From assembly GCA_038128265.1 (NCBI GenBank), contig JAYPJE010000023.1, positions 1 through 64,000 of the forward strand: a stretch of DNA of 64,000 nt, given 5' to 3'. The notes below the pieces were generated by a model. That model was not told the origin of the DNA. It did not search any database and saw only the letters and a list, made by a program, of their open reading frames with translations. This document shows positions 28,843 through 38,781 of the stretch, one piece after another. Source of the DNA: Gemmatimonadota bacterium (GTDB lineage: Bacteria > Latescibacterota > UBA2968 > UBA8231). The position numbers and the translations under genes are program-made. Every line of letters starts with the position of its first letter. The first letter of the stretch is position 1.

Positions 28843-30192
28843 ATGACCAACTTCATCGTCTTTTTGACCGACGACCAAGGCTACGGTGATCTTTCCTGCA
28901 TGGGCTGTGAAGATTTCCGCACGCCGCACTTAGACCGCATGGCGCACGATGGTGCCCGCTTTACTTCGTGGTATTCGAACAGTCCGGTGTGCAGCCCTTC
29001 GCGCGCCGCCCTGCTGACCGGCCGCTATCCCGGCAATGCGGGCGTGCGTTCCATTCTAGCCGGCCACCGCACCGCCAGCGGCCTGCCGACCAGCACGCCC
29101 ACGCTGGCTGCCGCGTTAAAGGAGTTGGGCTACCAGACCTATATGTCGGGCAAGTGGCACCTCGGCCTGCAGCCCGACTCGCGCCCTTCGGCGCACGGCT
29201 TTGATCACTGGTACGGCTTTATGGCCGGCTGCATCGATTACTATTCGCACATCTTTTACTGGGGATCTAATCGAGGTGGCCCCGGTCAGAACCCGACGCA
29301 CGACCTGTGGGAAGACGACCGGGAAATATGGGACAACGGTCAGTATTTCACCGAAATGATTACCCGCAAAGCCGTCGACTATATCCGCCGCGCCAAGGCT
29401 GCCGGTCGCCCGTTTTTTCTCTACGTGCCCTACAACGCGCCGCACTACCCCATGCACGCACCGCAGGAATACATGGACCGCTTCGCCGGCCTCGACTGGG
29501 ACCGCCAGGTGATGGCCGCTATGCTGGCCGCCGTCGACGACAGCGTCGGCGCTATTCTCGACGAAGTGGAGCGCCTCGGCTTGGCCGAGAACACCTGTTC
29601 GTTCTTCACCTCGGACAACGGCCCCTCGCGCGAGACGCGCAACTGGCTCGACGGCAACCTCGACCCCTACTACGGCGGCAGCGCTGGAAAGCTCAAGGGC
29701 CATAAATTCAGCCTCTACGAAGGTGGCATTCGCCTGCCAGGCATTATGCACTGGCCGGGACGTATACCCGCCGGCCAGGTGCTAGACGCACCCTGCGCCT
29801 CGATGGATATATTCCCGACGTTTTTGCAGATAGCCGGCGGCGATGTGGCGGGCTACGAAATCGACGGTACCGACATCCTGCCCTACGTCGCCGACAGCGC
29901 AACGCCGGACGAACGGACCATTTATTGGGAGATGGGCCAGCAAACCGCCGTGCGCCAAGGCAAGTGGAAACTCGTTCTCGACGGTCAGCTCGTCGAGGGA
30001 TCACCTGCGCAAGATGCAGTACACCTGGCCGATGTAGAAGCCGATATGGGCGAGCAGACCAATCTAAAAGATGCACACCCCGAACTGGCGACTCAGCTAC
30101 AGGCCGAAGCCGAAGCGTGGCGCGCCGGTATCGAAGCGCGCTGGGAGCGCGAATACGCACCGGAAAAGCAGGGGACCGTTACGCACGGCTAA
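28843..30192 (+). CDS. Arylsulfatase
   Basis: DDQGYGD, CSPSRAALLTGRY, GKWHLG, APHYP, SDNG, EGGIR. Confidence 0.92.
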   Translation: MTNFIVFLTDDQGYGDLSCMGCEDFRTPHLDRMAHDGARFTSWYSNSPVCSPSRAALLTGRYPGNAGVRSILAGHRTASGLPTSTPTLAAALKELGYQTYMSGKWHLGLQPDSRPSAHGFDHWYGFMAGCIDYYSHIFYWGSNRGGPGQNPTHDLWEDDREIWDNGQYFTEMITRKAVDYIRRAKAAGRPFFLYVPYNAPHYPMHAPQEYMDRFAGLDWDRQVMAAMLAAVDDSVGAILDEVERLGLAENTCSFFTSDNGPSRETRNWLDGNLDPYYGGSAGKLKGHKFSLYEGGIRLPGIMHWPGRIPAGQVLDAPCASMDIFPTFLQIAGGDVAGYEIDGTDILPYVADSATPDERTIYWEMGQQTAVRQGKWKLVLDGQLVEGSPAQDAVHLADVEADMGEQTNLKDAHPELATQLQAEAEAWRAGIEARWEREYAPEKQGTVTHG

Positions 30193-30199
30193 TGCGCGC

Positions 30200-31021
30200 A
30201 TGCACGCACTGAGCGGAAGGGAAGTCTCCGAGTTTTACAAGCGCGGCTTTCACATAGCGCGCAGCGTATTTGACGATGCAGAAATCGACCGTCTGCGCGC
30301 CGGCTACGATTATATTCTTGAGCTGGCCGCGCGCGCCGACCTACCCGAAGATATGTTGCAGGGCGTCAACGGCGATGTGCACATTCACCTACAGCCGCCG
30401 CGCAAACTGCCGCGCGCGCAGGCCGTTCGCTATCTCCGCAAGGTGCAGTGGCCGGCGCGCCTGCACCCGGCCTTTGAGGAAATCCGCACCAGCCCCAAAT
30501 TCCCCGCCCTGCTCGAACCGCTAATCGGCACCTCACTCAAGCAGTATATCAACCAGATCAATTTCAAGCTGCCGGGCAGCGGCATCGACTTTCCCTGGCA
30601 TCAGGACGTACGCCCCACGCCGGCGTTCCACGACCAGGTCAACACCTACGTGCAAACCGTCATTGCCGTCGATGAGGCAACGGAAGAGAGCGGCTGTGTC
30701 TATATCGTGCCGGGCAGTCACGCGCTGGGCGATCTGAAAACCAAGCGCTATGCGGAAGGACAGATAGAGCAACAGGTCGACGTGGGCAGCGCCGTCCCCC
30801 TTCTGGCACAGCCGGGCGACGTGCTGCTGTTTACGCCCTATACCGTGCACGGCTCCAAGCCCAATACAGGCCAGAAGCCGCGGCGCTCCTACATAAACGG
30901 CTTTGTGCGCGCTGAAGCCTGTACAATTGGCAAGTGGGCTTTTCTACACGGCGTGCCCGTCCCTATCACCGGCGATCGCGACTACAGCGCACTGTGGCCG
31001 CCCGAGGCGCGCAGGACGTAG
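30200..31021 (+). CDS. PhyH-like dioxygenase (canonical HxD)
   Basis: WHQD, VPGSH, TVHGS.PN. Confidence 0.9.
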   Translation: MHALSGREVSEFYKRGFHIARSVFDDAEIDRLRAGYDYILELAARADLPEDMLQGVNGDVHIHLQPPRKLPRAQAVRYLRKVQWPARLHPAFEEIRTSPKFPALLEPLIGTSLKQYINQINFKLPGSGIDFPWHQDVRPTPAFHDQVNTYVQTVIAVDEATEESGCVYIVPGSHALGDLKTKRYAEGQIEQQVDVGSAVPLLAQPGDVLLFTPYTVHGSKPNTGQKPRRSYINGFVRAEACTIGKWAFLHGVPVPITGDRDYSALWPPEARRT

Positions 31022-31027
31022 CCTTGT

Positions 31028-31933
31028 CTATGCGGAAGGAGGCTGGCGCAGCGGGATGGGATCGACGATCTGCCGCCGATCCGGCGTCAATCGTTCCAGC
31101 AGTTCGGACGATGGAGCATAGTTAAAGCGCGAGCGAATCCAGCGCGGCGAGTAGCGATAGAGCAGCATGCGCCGGTAGCCGTCGTTGCTGCGCGCCGCCG
31201 ATCCATGCGTGATCGTATCCGTAAAGAGCAGTACATCTCCCGCCTCCAGATAGAGTTCCCGCATGCCCAAGGCAGTGCCAGCGGCCTCGTCGCTGCGATA
31301 GGTGCGGCTGCCGCCCTCGCCCGTGAGTTTAGGGTGCGGAATCGTCGCCTTATGGCTGCCGGGAATCAGCGTGGTCGGCCCATCGCCCGGACCGATGGCT
31401 TCCAATGCGGTAATGCAGTTGATCTGCCCGACCATCCACTCACCGGTATTGGCCTGGCGAAAGGTCATATAGCTGCAGGGGATGTGCCCACCGCAGTGGA
31501 TGCCAATATAGCCGTCGCGCCCGCGAATATTGAGCAAGGTCTCGTGCAGGGACAGCCCGTTATGGGGATTGACCCAGCGCCGCACGTGCTCAATCCACGC
31601 CGGGTGGTCAATGTGGCGCTCAAAGACCGCACCGGCCTCGATGATATTCTGAAAGTTGATGCCATCGGCATCGCTATAGGTATGCGTTTCTACGCGGCCA
31701 ATCCACGCACCGTCGCTTAGCCCTGCGCGCCCGCCGCGCTGCGCTCCGTCCATGTAGTGCCAATGCGCTTCAGCCCACGCGTTCATCTCGGCGAGATCGC
31801 CGTTCCCTACGGCCCCTTTGATAATGAGGTAACCGTTTAGTTCAAAGAGGTAGTCGATTAAGTAGACGTCGCTGCACCCCGCCTCGACTACGGGCGCGTC
31901 GGCAGGTAGGGCGCCAACCGTTGGCTGACTCAT
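31028..31933 (-). CDS. PhyH-like dioxygenase (HxG variant)
   Basis: YLFELNGY, IHCGG, IPGSHK, DTITHGS, RYSP. Confidence 0.85.
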   Translation of the reverse strand: MSQPTVGALPADAPVVEAGCSDVYLIDYLFELNGYLIIKGAVGNGDLAEMNAWAEAHWHYMDGAQRGGRAGLSDGAWIGRVETHTYSDADGINFQNIIEAGAVFERHIDHPAWIEHVRRWVNPHNGLSLHETLLNIRGRDGYIGIHCGGHIPCSYMTFRQANTGEWMVGQINCITALEAIGPGDGPTTLIPGSHKATIPHPKLTGEGGSRTYRSDEAAGTALGMRELYLEAGDVLLFTDTITHGSAARSNDGYRRMLLYRYSPRWIRSRFNYAPSSELLERLTPDRRQIVDPIPLRQPPSA

Positions 31934-31970
31934 ATCGTTCTCCGTTCGATGACTCGCACGTTGGCCCTAT

Positions 31971-32948
31971 TTACCAGGGAACATCCATGCCCAGTTCTTT
32001 GGCAACGCCTTCCAAGCGCTCGCGATGCCAATCACCCACCGGCACGCCCTCGCGCGCATAGGCCTCTTCACGCACGGCTTCCATACCGCCAGGAACGTGC
32101 GATTCGCTAAAGCCCTCCAGCGGTTCCAGCTGCCGGATGCGGTCGACGTACTCGTCGATATCGCGCTTGAAGACCTCGGCGTCGTGAAATAGATCGATCC
32201 GCAGGGCAATTAGCAGAGATCCCTGATTGGCGCCCGACCACGTCCAGCGCGGATGCTCCGCGTCAATGCCCAACCCCGATAGCATACCGCCCCAGGCCTG
32301 ACAGATTTCGCCCATGCCAATGCAGCGCAGCACCAAGCCGGGCGCGCGCTCTGCCAGTGTGCTGCGGAGATCCTCTTTGTAGAGGTCGTGCACCGCACCG
32401 AAGTCAAGCACAAAGGGCGGGTGCTTTTCCGTCGGCACGCCAAAGGCCATCGGCGATCCACCCGCGGCGCGGAAAAGCGACTTGCCCGGCTGCAGATCCA
32501 ATTGGTGGCCCGAAGTGACGTAGACCACGAGATCGTGCTCCAGCGCCATGCGCGCGTAGATGCCAGCGGCGCCAAAATGTCCGTGGTTCCGGCTCATAAC
32601 TGCCGCCATACCCACGGCCTTCGCCTTTTCTATGGCGCGCAGGGTCGCATCATAGGCAGGGAAATAGCCCAGTCCTCCGTCGCCGTCAACCAGCGCACTA
32701 ACGGGCGTTTCGCGAACGAGTGCCACATTGGGCTCGTTGTTGAGCTTGCCGTCGCGCATCAAAATCGCATAGGTAGCAATTTGCTGCGTGCCGTGACTAA
32801 ACACTCCGCGCAGATCATTTTTTGTCAACAGGTCGGCCAATAGCTCAGACTTGTCCTGCGGTAGACCAACGCTCTGTGCGGCCGCAGCGACAAACGCACA
32901 CAAATCCTCTGCCGCAACGCGTATGTGCTCTTCGGGTGGACGGTTCAT
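31971..32948 (-). CDS. Ldh_2 (malate/L-lactate dehydrogenase type 2) family oxidoreductase
   Basis: DLRGVFSHG, DGDGGLG, NHGHFGA. Confidence 0.9.
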   Translation of the reverse strand: MNRPPEEHIRVAAEDLCAFVAAAAQSVGLPQDKSELLADLLTKNDLRGVFSHGTQQIATYAILMRDGKLNNEPNVALVRETPVSALVDGDGGLGYFPAYDATLRAIEKAKAVGMAAVMSRNHGHFGAAGIYARMALEHDLVVYVTSGHQLDLQPGKSLFRAAGGSPMAFGVPTEKHPPFVLDFGAVHDLYKEDLRSTLAERAPGLVLRCIGMGEICQAWGGMLSGLGIDAEHPRWTWSGANQGSLLIALRIDLFHDAEVFKRDIDEYVDRIRQLEPLEGFSESHVPGGMEAVREEAYAREGVPVGDWHRERLEGVAKELGMDVPW

Positions 32949-33171
32949 AGGTCCTCTCCTCGTAGTGAATGCTCAAGCGCGCGGATGCGTGAACCCAGCG
33001 CGCTGAAAATGTCTCCTATCGGTTCAGGCAATGCAAGCGCATGCCCTTTCCCATTCGACAGCTATAGACGATGCGCCCGGCAATCAATCGACAGAGCCAG
33101 ACAAACAGCCTCTTGACGCTAGCTCGCCGCTGCCCTACCTAGAAGACGCCTATCTCCTCCACAGGAGCTAA

Positions 33172-34557
33172 TTGAGAGAACAGCCCATGACATACAGCCA
33201 CTTTGAATTGCCCTCAGATCCAACACGGGACGATCTGCGGCACATCGCCAACGATTACCGCACGATCGTCGTCGAAGTCATGCGCGCCATTGTAGAGCGC
33301 TATCAGCGCACGCCAAACTACCCTTTTATCGACACCAAACTGAGCCTAATCACCGGCCGCGACTTTGATGACGACGACCCCATTCGCGGCCGCGGTGCCG
33401 TATATGGCTGGATCCAGGGCCGCGGTTTAGAGGCGCTGGTTGGCCATGCGCGCTTTCTGGGCAACGAGCCCCAGCACCGCGAACTCGTCAACGCGATGCG
33501 CGATATGATCGACCAAATCGCCGCCCAACTCTGGCATATGCGCGCGCGCAACGAGGGCCACCTCTCGTTCCTCATGGCGCCTGACGGACGGCCTTTCCGC
33601 CTCGATGCCGAGGGGCGACCAGCCTATTTCAACCTACGCGCCGACGCACCCTGCGGATTCAGCGATCTCTTCGCCGCCAAGGGGCTCTTTGCCGCAGCCA
33701 ACTACGCGGGCAACGACCGCGCTACTGCCGACGCCCTCGAGTACATAGAAACGGTCGAAGAGTCGATCTGGTCTGGACGCTTTCGCTCCGACCAGATTCC
33801 CCTCGACCCCAAACTGCGGCCCGAACCGCGCGACGGCTTTCACCCCCACGGACCCTATATGATCCAGATTGGCACGCTGGCTATGCTGGCCGAAGCCCGT
33901 ATAGGCGGGGCCGTCGATCGCGGACTGCACCTCATTGAGCACGAGCTGCGCACCTACGCCAATATCGACGGGCGCATAGACGATCTGCAGGAAGGCGATT
34001 TCTGGGAGGGTGTCGACGCGCAGGGAGCACCCTACCGCGAAGCCGACGGCGTGCTCTACTCCGATCCGGGCCACGCGCTGGAGTTTGTCGGCTTAGCGCT
34101 GAAGTTTATCGCGGCGGCCCACCCGCTCGCTACCGACGACCAACAACCGCGACTACAAGCAGCGCAGCAGCCCATGTGCGCGCTGCTCGAGCGCAACTTT
34201 GCCAATGGTTATATCGCCGTTCCCGGCGGCATATCAAAGGCTTTTGACCTGGTTGCGCGCACCCACCTTAACACGGATATGCCCTGGTGGAACCTACCCG
34301 AGACCATCCGCTCGGCAGCCTTTGCTCTGCAAGCGACCAACAGCGCGACCGAACGCATGCTTTGCCTGCGCGTGTTGCGCGATGCGCACAACGCGTTCGG
34401 TCACTTTGTGCGACCAGATCTGCACTTGATGGCCTACCAGACGCGGTCGATTTCCGGCGATCCAGTCGATGCCATTCCCGCTACCGCCGATGCCGATCCA
34501 GGCTATCACACCGGGCTGAGTCTAATAGATGCCATTGAGATTATCGAACGGATCTAG
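33172..34557 (+). CDS. AGE family epimerase/isomerase (N-acylglucosamine 2-epimerase-like)
   Basis: WIQGRG, DPGHALEF, PWWNLPET, DPGYH; start 33172 (TTG) or 33187. Confidence 0.75.
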   Translation: MREQPMTYSHFELPSDPTRDDLRHIANDYRTIVVEVMRAIVERYQRTPNYPFIDTKLSLITGRDFDDDDPIRGRGAVYGWIQGRGLEALVGHARFLGNEPQHRELVNAMRDMIDQIAAQLWHMRARNEGHLSFLMAPDGRPFRLDAEGRPAYFNLRADAPCGFSDLFAAKGLFAAANYAGNDRATADALEYIETVEESIWSGRFRSDQIPLDPKLRPEPRDGFHPHGPYMIQIGTLAMLAEARIGGAVDRGLHLIEHELRTYANIDGRIDDLQEGDFWEGVDAQGAPYREADGVLYSDPGHALEFVGLALKFIAAAHPLATDDQQPRLQAAQQPMCALLERNFANGYIAVPGGISKAFDLVARTHLNTDMPWWNLPETIRSAAFALQATNSATERMLCLRVLRDAHNAFGHFVRPDLHLMAYQTRSISGDPVDAIPATADADPGYHTGLSLIDAIEIIERI

Positions 34558-37049
34558 GAGATTGCGGGCACGAATAGGCTCCCCTCGGTCGTGCCTTGGG
34601 GAGCTACCGCGCGTAACGCAGTAGCCAACGCAGTTGGGGGCATTTCTCCGCTGAGCGCCTGTCGGAACAGGCGACTTATGGCGACGACCTGCTCGGCACT
34701 TTCGTGGGCAAACTCCACGCGCCAGTGGGCAATCCCCGCCGACAGCCAGCGCTGCATGTGGACCGATGCTTCTTGCGCTTCGGCGCCGAAAACCGTGTTT
34801 CGACAGCCGACGTCGGCCAGCACGGGGTGCGCGCGCCCCTGGCCGTCGCGCAGGGCGACGCGATGCTGCGTGCAGGGCTTTCCGCAGTCGGCTTTGGACG
34901 TTCCCTCCGAGAGAAAGCGACAGAAAACACAGTGCTCGGTGTGGAATACAGGTAGATGCTGGTAGGCGACCACTTCGATGTGCTGCGCGCCGACGCGCGC
35001 GGCCAACTGGGCCACCTGGGCCCCGTTGAGGTCGTGCGTCGGCACCAGCCGTTCCAGTCCCAAATCCAGCAGCTGAACGGCGCTGAGTTCGTTGGCCGCA
35101 TTAAGGCTAAAATCACCGATCAGCGGCGGGTGCTCTTGACGCACCAGCGCCTCTAACAGGCCGCCGGAGCGCACGAGGAGGGAGACCTGCAAACTGCAGA
35201 GAAAGCGCGCGATGGCCTCTTCTCCCTGCTTGACGATGCGCGGACTGGCCACGCATACCGGTATATGCTGCGCGCGCACCTGCTCTACGGCCGGACGCAG
35301 GTTGTACAAGTCGAGATAGTCGAGGACGATGCTCGCCGGTCGCACAGAAAGCGCCGCGCGCAGCTGCTCCGGCGTGCGCACCAGCAGGTGCAGCTGCACT
35401 TCGTCAGACGACGGTGTATCAGCCAGTGAACGACGTAGAGATTGTAGGGCCGCGCGGGGATCGCCCGCCGACACGCCCCTGGGCTGCCGCTGTAGGGTGC
35501 GTAGAACAGCCACAGCCTCCTGGCGCAGCGCGCTCAGCAGCGAAGCCGGTGCAAACGGCGCACCGTCGATGTCCAGCGCCAAATCCACCAACTCGTAGGC
35601 AGTATTGCCCAACCGGTTCCACTGCTGGCGCAGATAGTCCGCGTCCAGCGCGCGACGGTGTGCCGCTGCTAGCGGCTGCGGCGAGCGCACTTGGACTGCA
35701 ACCGATGGATCTTCGACCAGCTCCCAGCAAGCGCTTAGCGGCTGACCAACGCGCGCCGTGGCCCGCACTCGGAGCTGCTGTTTGCGCAGGGGCACGCGCG
35801 CCTGCACATAGGGACGAGTCTCCTTTTCAATCTGCGCATCCCGCGTGCGCCACAGCCAGTCGCCGGCGCGGATCCGCTCAAAGTCAATGGCTCCGTTGGC
35901 AAATTCAACTTCGACCGAGTTCTCCCCGTCAGGATGGACGTGATAAATATGCCCCCCTTCTTCGCGCTCAGCCGGGTCGCGCCAGTCGGCCGCATCGAAT
36001 ACCACGCCATCGCCCGCTTTTAGCGGCGCAGCGGCGGCGGCGGGGTCGAGCGCGATGCGTACGCGGTCCGTTCGCACCTCGACCACGTGGCCCACGCGCA
36101 CGCCCCGGTGGCGCGGAGCGCGACCGCGCACGACGAGCTGGTGATTGGTGCCGCGCAAAAAGTGGGGTCCCAAGCCGCGCGAATAGACTTGTTCCAACTG
36201 CAGTTCATCGCGCGCTTCGATCTGCAGCGGGCCGCCTTCCCACGCGGCATCAACGGCCCTGCGATAGGCCTGCGTCGTCAGCGCCACGTAATCGGTGTCT
36301 TTGTAGCGCCCCTCAATTTTAAAGGCCGAGATCCCCACTTTCGTCAGTTCGGGCACTTGGTGTAGGGCATAGAGATCGCCGGGCGACAGCAGGTAACGCG
36401 CATCGCCAAGTGGACGCACGGTCTCGTCGACCAGCAGTTCGTAGGGCAAGCGACAGGCCTGCGCACACTGGCCGCGATTGGCGCTGCGTCCACCCCAGGC
36501 TTCTGACGAGAAGCACTGTCCCGAATAGGAAACGCACAGGGCCCCGTGTACGAAGACTTCGAGCTCGCAATCGCTGTCGGCGCGCAGAGCGCGGATTTCA
36601 TGCAGAGAGAGCTCGCGCGCGAGCACCACGCGGCGCACGCCAAATCGCTGCGCGAGCCGCACGCCTTCCCCGTTGGCAATGCTCATCTGCGTGCTGCCGT
36701 GAATTTCGAGATCGGGGGCCACCTGGCGCGCTAGGCCCGCAATACCCAGATCCTGCACGATCAGCGCATCGGGCCCAACTTCAGCCAGGTCGGCCAGCAG
36801 CTGCGCTGCGCGCTCGAGCTCCTCGTCAAAAACAAGCGTATTAAAAGTGACGTAGCCCTTAACGCCCCGTTCGTGCAGCATAGCCAATACGTCGGGCAGC
36901 TCTTCCATGGTAAAGCCGACTTTGGCGCGCGCAGAAAACTGGTCTAGGCCGAAGTAGACCGCATCGGCACCGGCCTCTATGGCGGCACGCAGCTGTGGCC
37001 AGTGGCCAACAGGGCTCATAATCTCGGGTTTTTGCTCTGATATGCTCAT
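34554..37049 (-). CDS. Peptidase U32 family protein with DUF3656 (RlhA-like RNA hydroxylase)
   Basis: GADAVY.G, HGSTQ, LARELS, HGALC.SYSGQC, SANRGQCAQ.CR, KIEGR. Confidence 0.9.
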   Translation of the reverse strand: MSISEQKPEIMSPVGHWPQLRAAIEAGADAVYFGLDQFSARAKVGFTMEELPDVLAMLHERGVKGYVTFNTLVFDEELERAAQLLADLAEVGPDALIVQDLGIAGLARQVAPDLEIHGSTQMSIANGEGVRLAQRFGVRRVVLARELSLHEIRALRADSDCELEVFVHGALCVSYSGQCFSSEAWGGRSANRGQCAQACRLPYELLVDETVRPLGDARYLLSPGDLYALHQVPELTKVGISAFKIEGRYKDTDYVALTTQAYRRAVDAAWEGGPLQIEARDELQLEQVYSRGLGPHFLRGTNHQLVVRGRAPRHRGVRVGHVVEVRTDRVRIALDPAAAAAPLKAGDGVVFDAADWRDPAEREEGGHIYHVHPDGENSVEVEFANGAIDFERIRAGDWLWRTRDAQIEKETRPYVQARVPLRKQQLRVRATARVGQPLSACWELVEDPSVAVQVRSPQPLAAAHRRALDADYLRQQWNRLGNTAYELVDLALDIDGAPFAPASLLSALRQEAVAVLRTLQRQPRGVSAGDPRAALQSLRRSLADTPSSDEVQLHLLVRTPEQLRAALSVRPASIVLDYLDLYNLRPAVEQVRAQHIPVCVASPRIVKQGEEAIARFLCSLQVSLLVRSGGLLEALVRQEHPPLIGDFSLNAANELSAVQLLDLGLERLVPTHDLNGAQVAQLAARVGAQHIEVVAYQHLPVFHTEHCVFCRFLSEGTSKADCGKPCTQHRVALRDGQGRAHPVLADVGCRNTVFGAEAQEASVHMQRWLSAGIAHWRVEFAHESAEQVVAISRLFRQALSGEMPPTALATALRAVAPQGTTEGSLFVPAIS

Positions 37050-37174
37050 AATAACAGGTTAAAAAAGGGGCCAATTCGGTCGAGGTGAATTTGGATGTCC
37101 CATCTACCCCAGTCAATCCCACAGCCACAATGCACACTCTTTACGCAGCCCTGCCGGCTCGCTATACTTGCGGC

Positions 37175-37936
37175 ATGACGCCATCCGACGAAGACATCTG
37201 GTATTTCCAGCACAGCGGCTATTACGTCGTGCCGCAGTGCCTGCCCGACGATTTAATCGACCGCCTCAACGCGGCAACCGACCGGGAGCTAGCGGCCCTG
37301 CGCGAGCCCATCGTGTGGGAGGAAGGCGCTGGCCGCCAGCCGCACAACGTGCGCCGACTGTCTAAGGTTCTCCAGCGAGACCCGGCCTTTATGGAAGCGG
37401 CGACCCTGCCGTTTTTGCTCGACGCGGTCGAGATTGGGCTAGGCCCCCATATTGAGCTGCTGACCAACAAGCACAACCACCTGATGGTGCGCCCGCCGCA
37501 GTCGGGCATCGTCCCCTGGCACAGCGGCGAAGAGTCCTACGAATCGACGCTGGTCACTGCGCTGATCTATCTGGAGGAGTCGACGATAGAAAACGGCTGC
37601 GTGCGCATCGTACCGGGATCGCATCGCCGGCCCTTTCGCCAGCAGCGCCGCTATCCGGGCGGCGATTTTTACGCGCATCCTCTCTACCACCGCGCCCTGC
37701 CCGTGCCGATGCCGCGCGGTGGCATCTTGCTCTTTAACGACAGCTGTTTTCACGGCGCCGACGTCAACCGCTCGGCCCATTCGCGGCGCAGCATGACGCT
37801 GGGCTACCGCGCCCACGACGCCCACGACGTGGCCAAGAACGATCCAGAAAAAGTGCTCGTGCGCGGCGAGCGCGTATACACCGGACATCCGCACCCCTTT
37901 CCCAACCTACCCGACGGACCGCTAACCAACAGCTAA
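37175..37936 (+). CDS. PhyH-like dioxygenase (WHSG variant), probably leaderless
   Basis: WHSG, NGCVRIVPGSH, DSCFHG; TTTACG-17-TATACT 6 nt upstream of the ATG. Confidence 0.85.
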   Translation: MTPSDEDIWYFQHSGYYVVPQCLPDDLIDRLNAATDRELAALREPIVWEEGAGRQPHNVRRLSKVLQRDPAFMEAATLPFLLDAVEIGLGPHIELLTNKHNHLMVRPPQSGIVPWHSGEESYESTLVTALIYLEESTIENGCVRIVPGSHRRPFRQQRRYPGGDFYAHPLYHRALPVPMPRGGILLFNDSCFHGADVNRSAHSRRSMTLGYRAHDAHDVAKNDPEKVLVRGERVYTGHPHPFPNLPDGPLTNS

Positions 37937-37961
37937 AGCGCGCAATGTTTAGGAGTTTGAT

Positions 37962-38771
37962 ATGAACGAAGAAGAGAAGTACCTATTCGATATCAACGGC
38001 TATATCGTCGTGCGCGACGTGCTAACGGCGGAGGAAATTGCCGCGGCCAACGCCGCCATCGACCACTACGCCGACGGCATCAAAGAACGCGTCGGCGAAC
38101 TCTCGCTGTCGGGCGGATCGCCCGCACTGAAGGGCGAGACCGGACGTGGCGACTTGGGTGGTGCGCTCAGCTGGGAAAAGCCCTACTGCGATCCGTTCCG
38201 CGCGATGTTAGCCCATCCGCGTTTGACCCCCTATATGCACGAGATTCTCGGCAAGGGCTTTCGCCTCGACCACAACCTCGGCATCATCACCATGCGCAAA
38301 GGGGCCGAAGGGCACGTATTGCACGGCTCCTCTGGCCCCGGCTTTGATCCACACCAGTACTACGTGTTTCAGAATGGCCGCATGCACAACGGGCTGACGG
38401 TCGTCGCCTGGCAGCTGGCCGATATCAACCCCGGCGACGGCGGCCTCTGCGTCATCCCGGGCAGTCACAAGGGCAACTTTCCCTGTCCACCTTCTCTGCG
38501 CCGCGGCGAAGCGCACGGCGAATTTATCAAGCAAATCACCTGTAAGGCGGGCGACGTCATCATCTTTACCGAAGCGGTGACGCACGGAACGCTGCCGTGG
38601 ACGGCCGACCACCAGCGCCGCACGGCACTGCTGCGCTTTTCACCGGGAAACATGGCCTATGCGAGCAACTACGATTGGCCCGAAACCATGTTAGACGGAC
38701 TTACCCCCGAGCAGCGCGCCGTCCTTGAACCGCCCTACCACTTGCGCTTAGAACGTCCCGTGCTGGAGTAG
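37962..38771 (+). CDS. PhyH-like dioxygenase (HxS variant), close paralogue of 12344..13147
   Basis: EKYLFDINGY, LHGS, IPGSHK, EAVTHG; AGGAG RBS. Confidence 0.88.
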   Translation: MNEEEKYLFDINGYIVVRDVLTAEEIAAANAAIDHYADGIKERVGELSLSGGSPALKGETGRGDLGGALSWEKPYCDPFRAMLAHPRLTPYMHEILGKGFRLDHNLGIITMRKGAEGHVLHGSSGPGFDPHQYYVFQNGRMHNGLTVVAWQLADINPGDGGLCVIPGSHKGNFPCPPSLRRGEAHGEFIKQITCKAGDVIIFTEAVTHGTLPWTADHQRRTALLRFSPGNMAYASNYDWPETMLDGLTPEQRAVLEPPYHLRLERPVLE

Positions 38772-38781
38772 CTTTTCTCGC

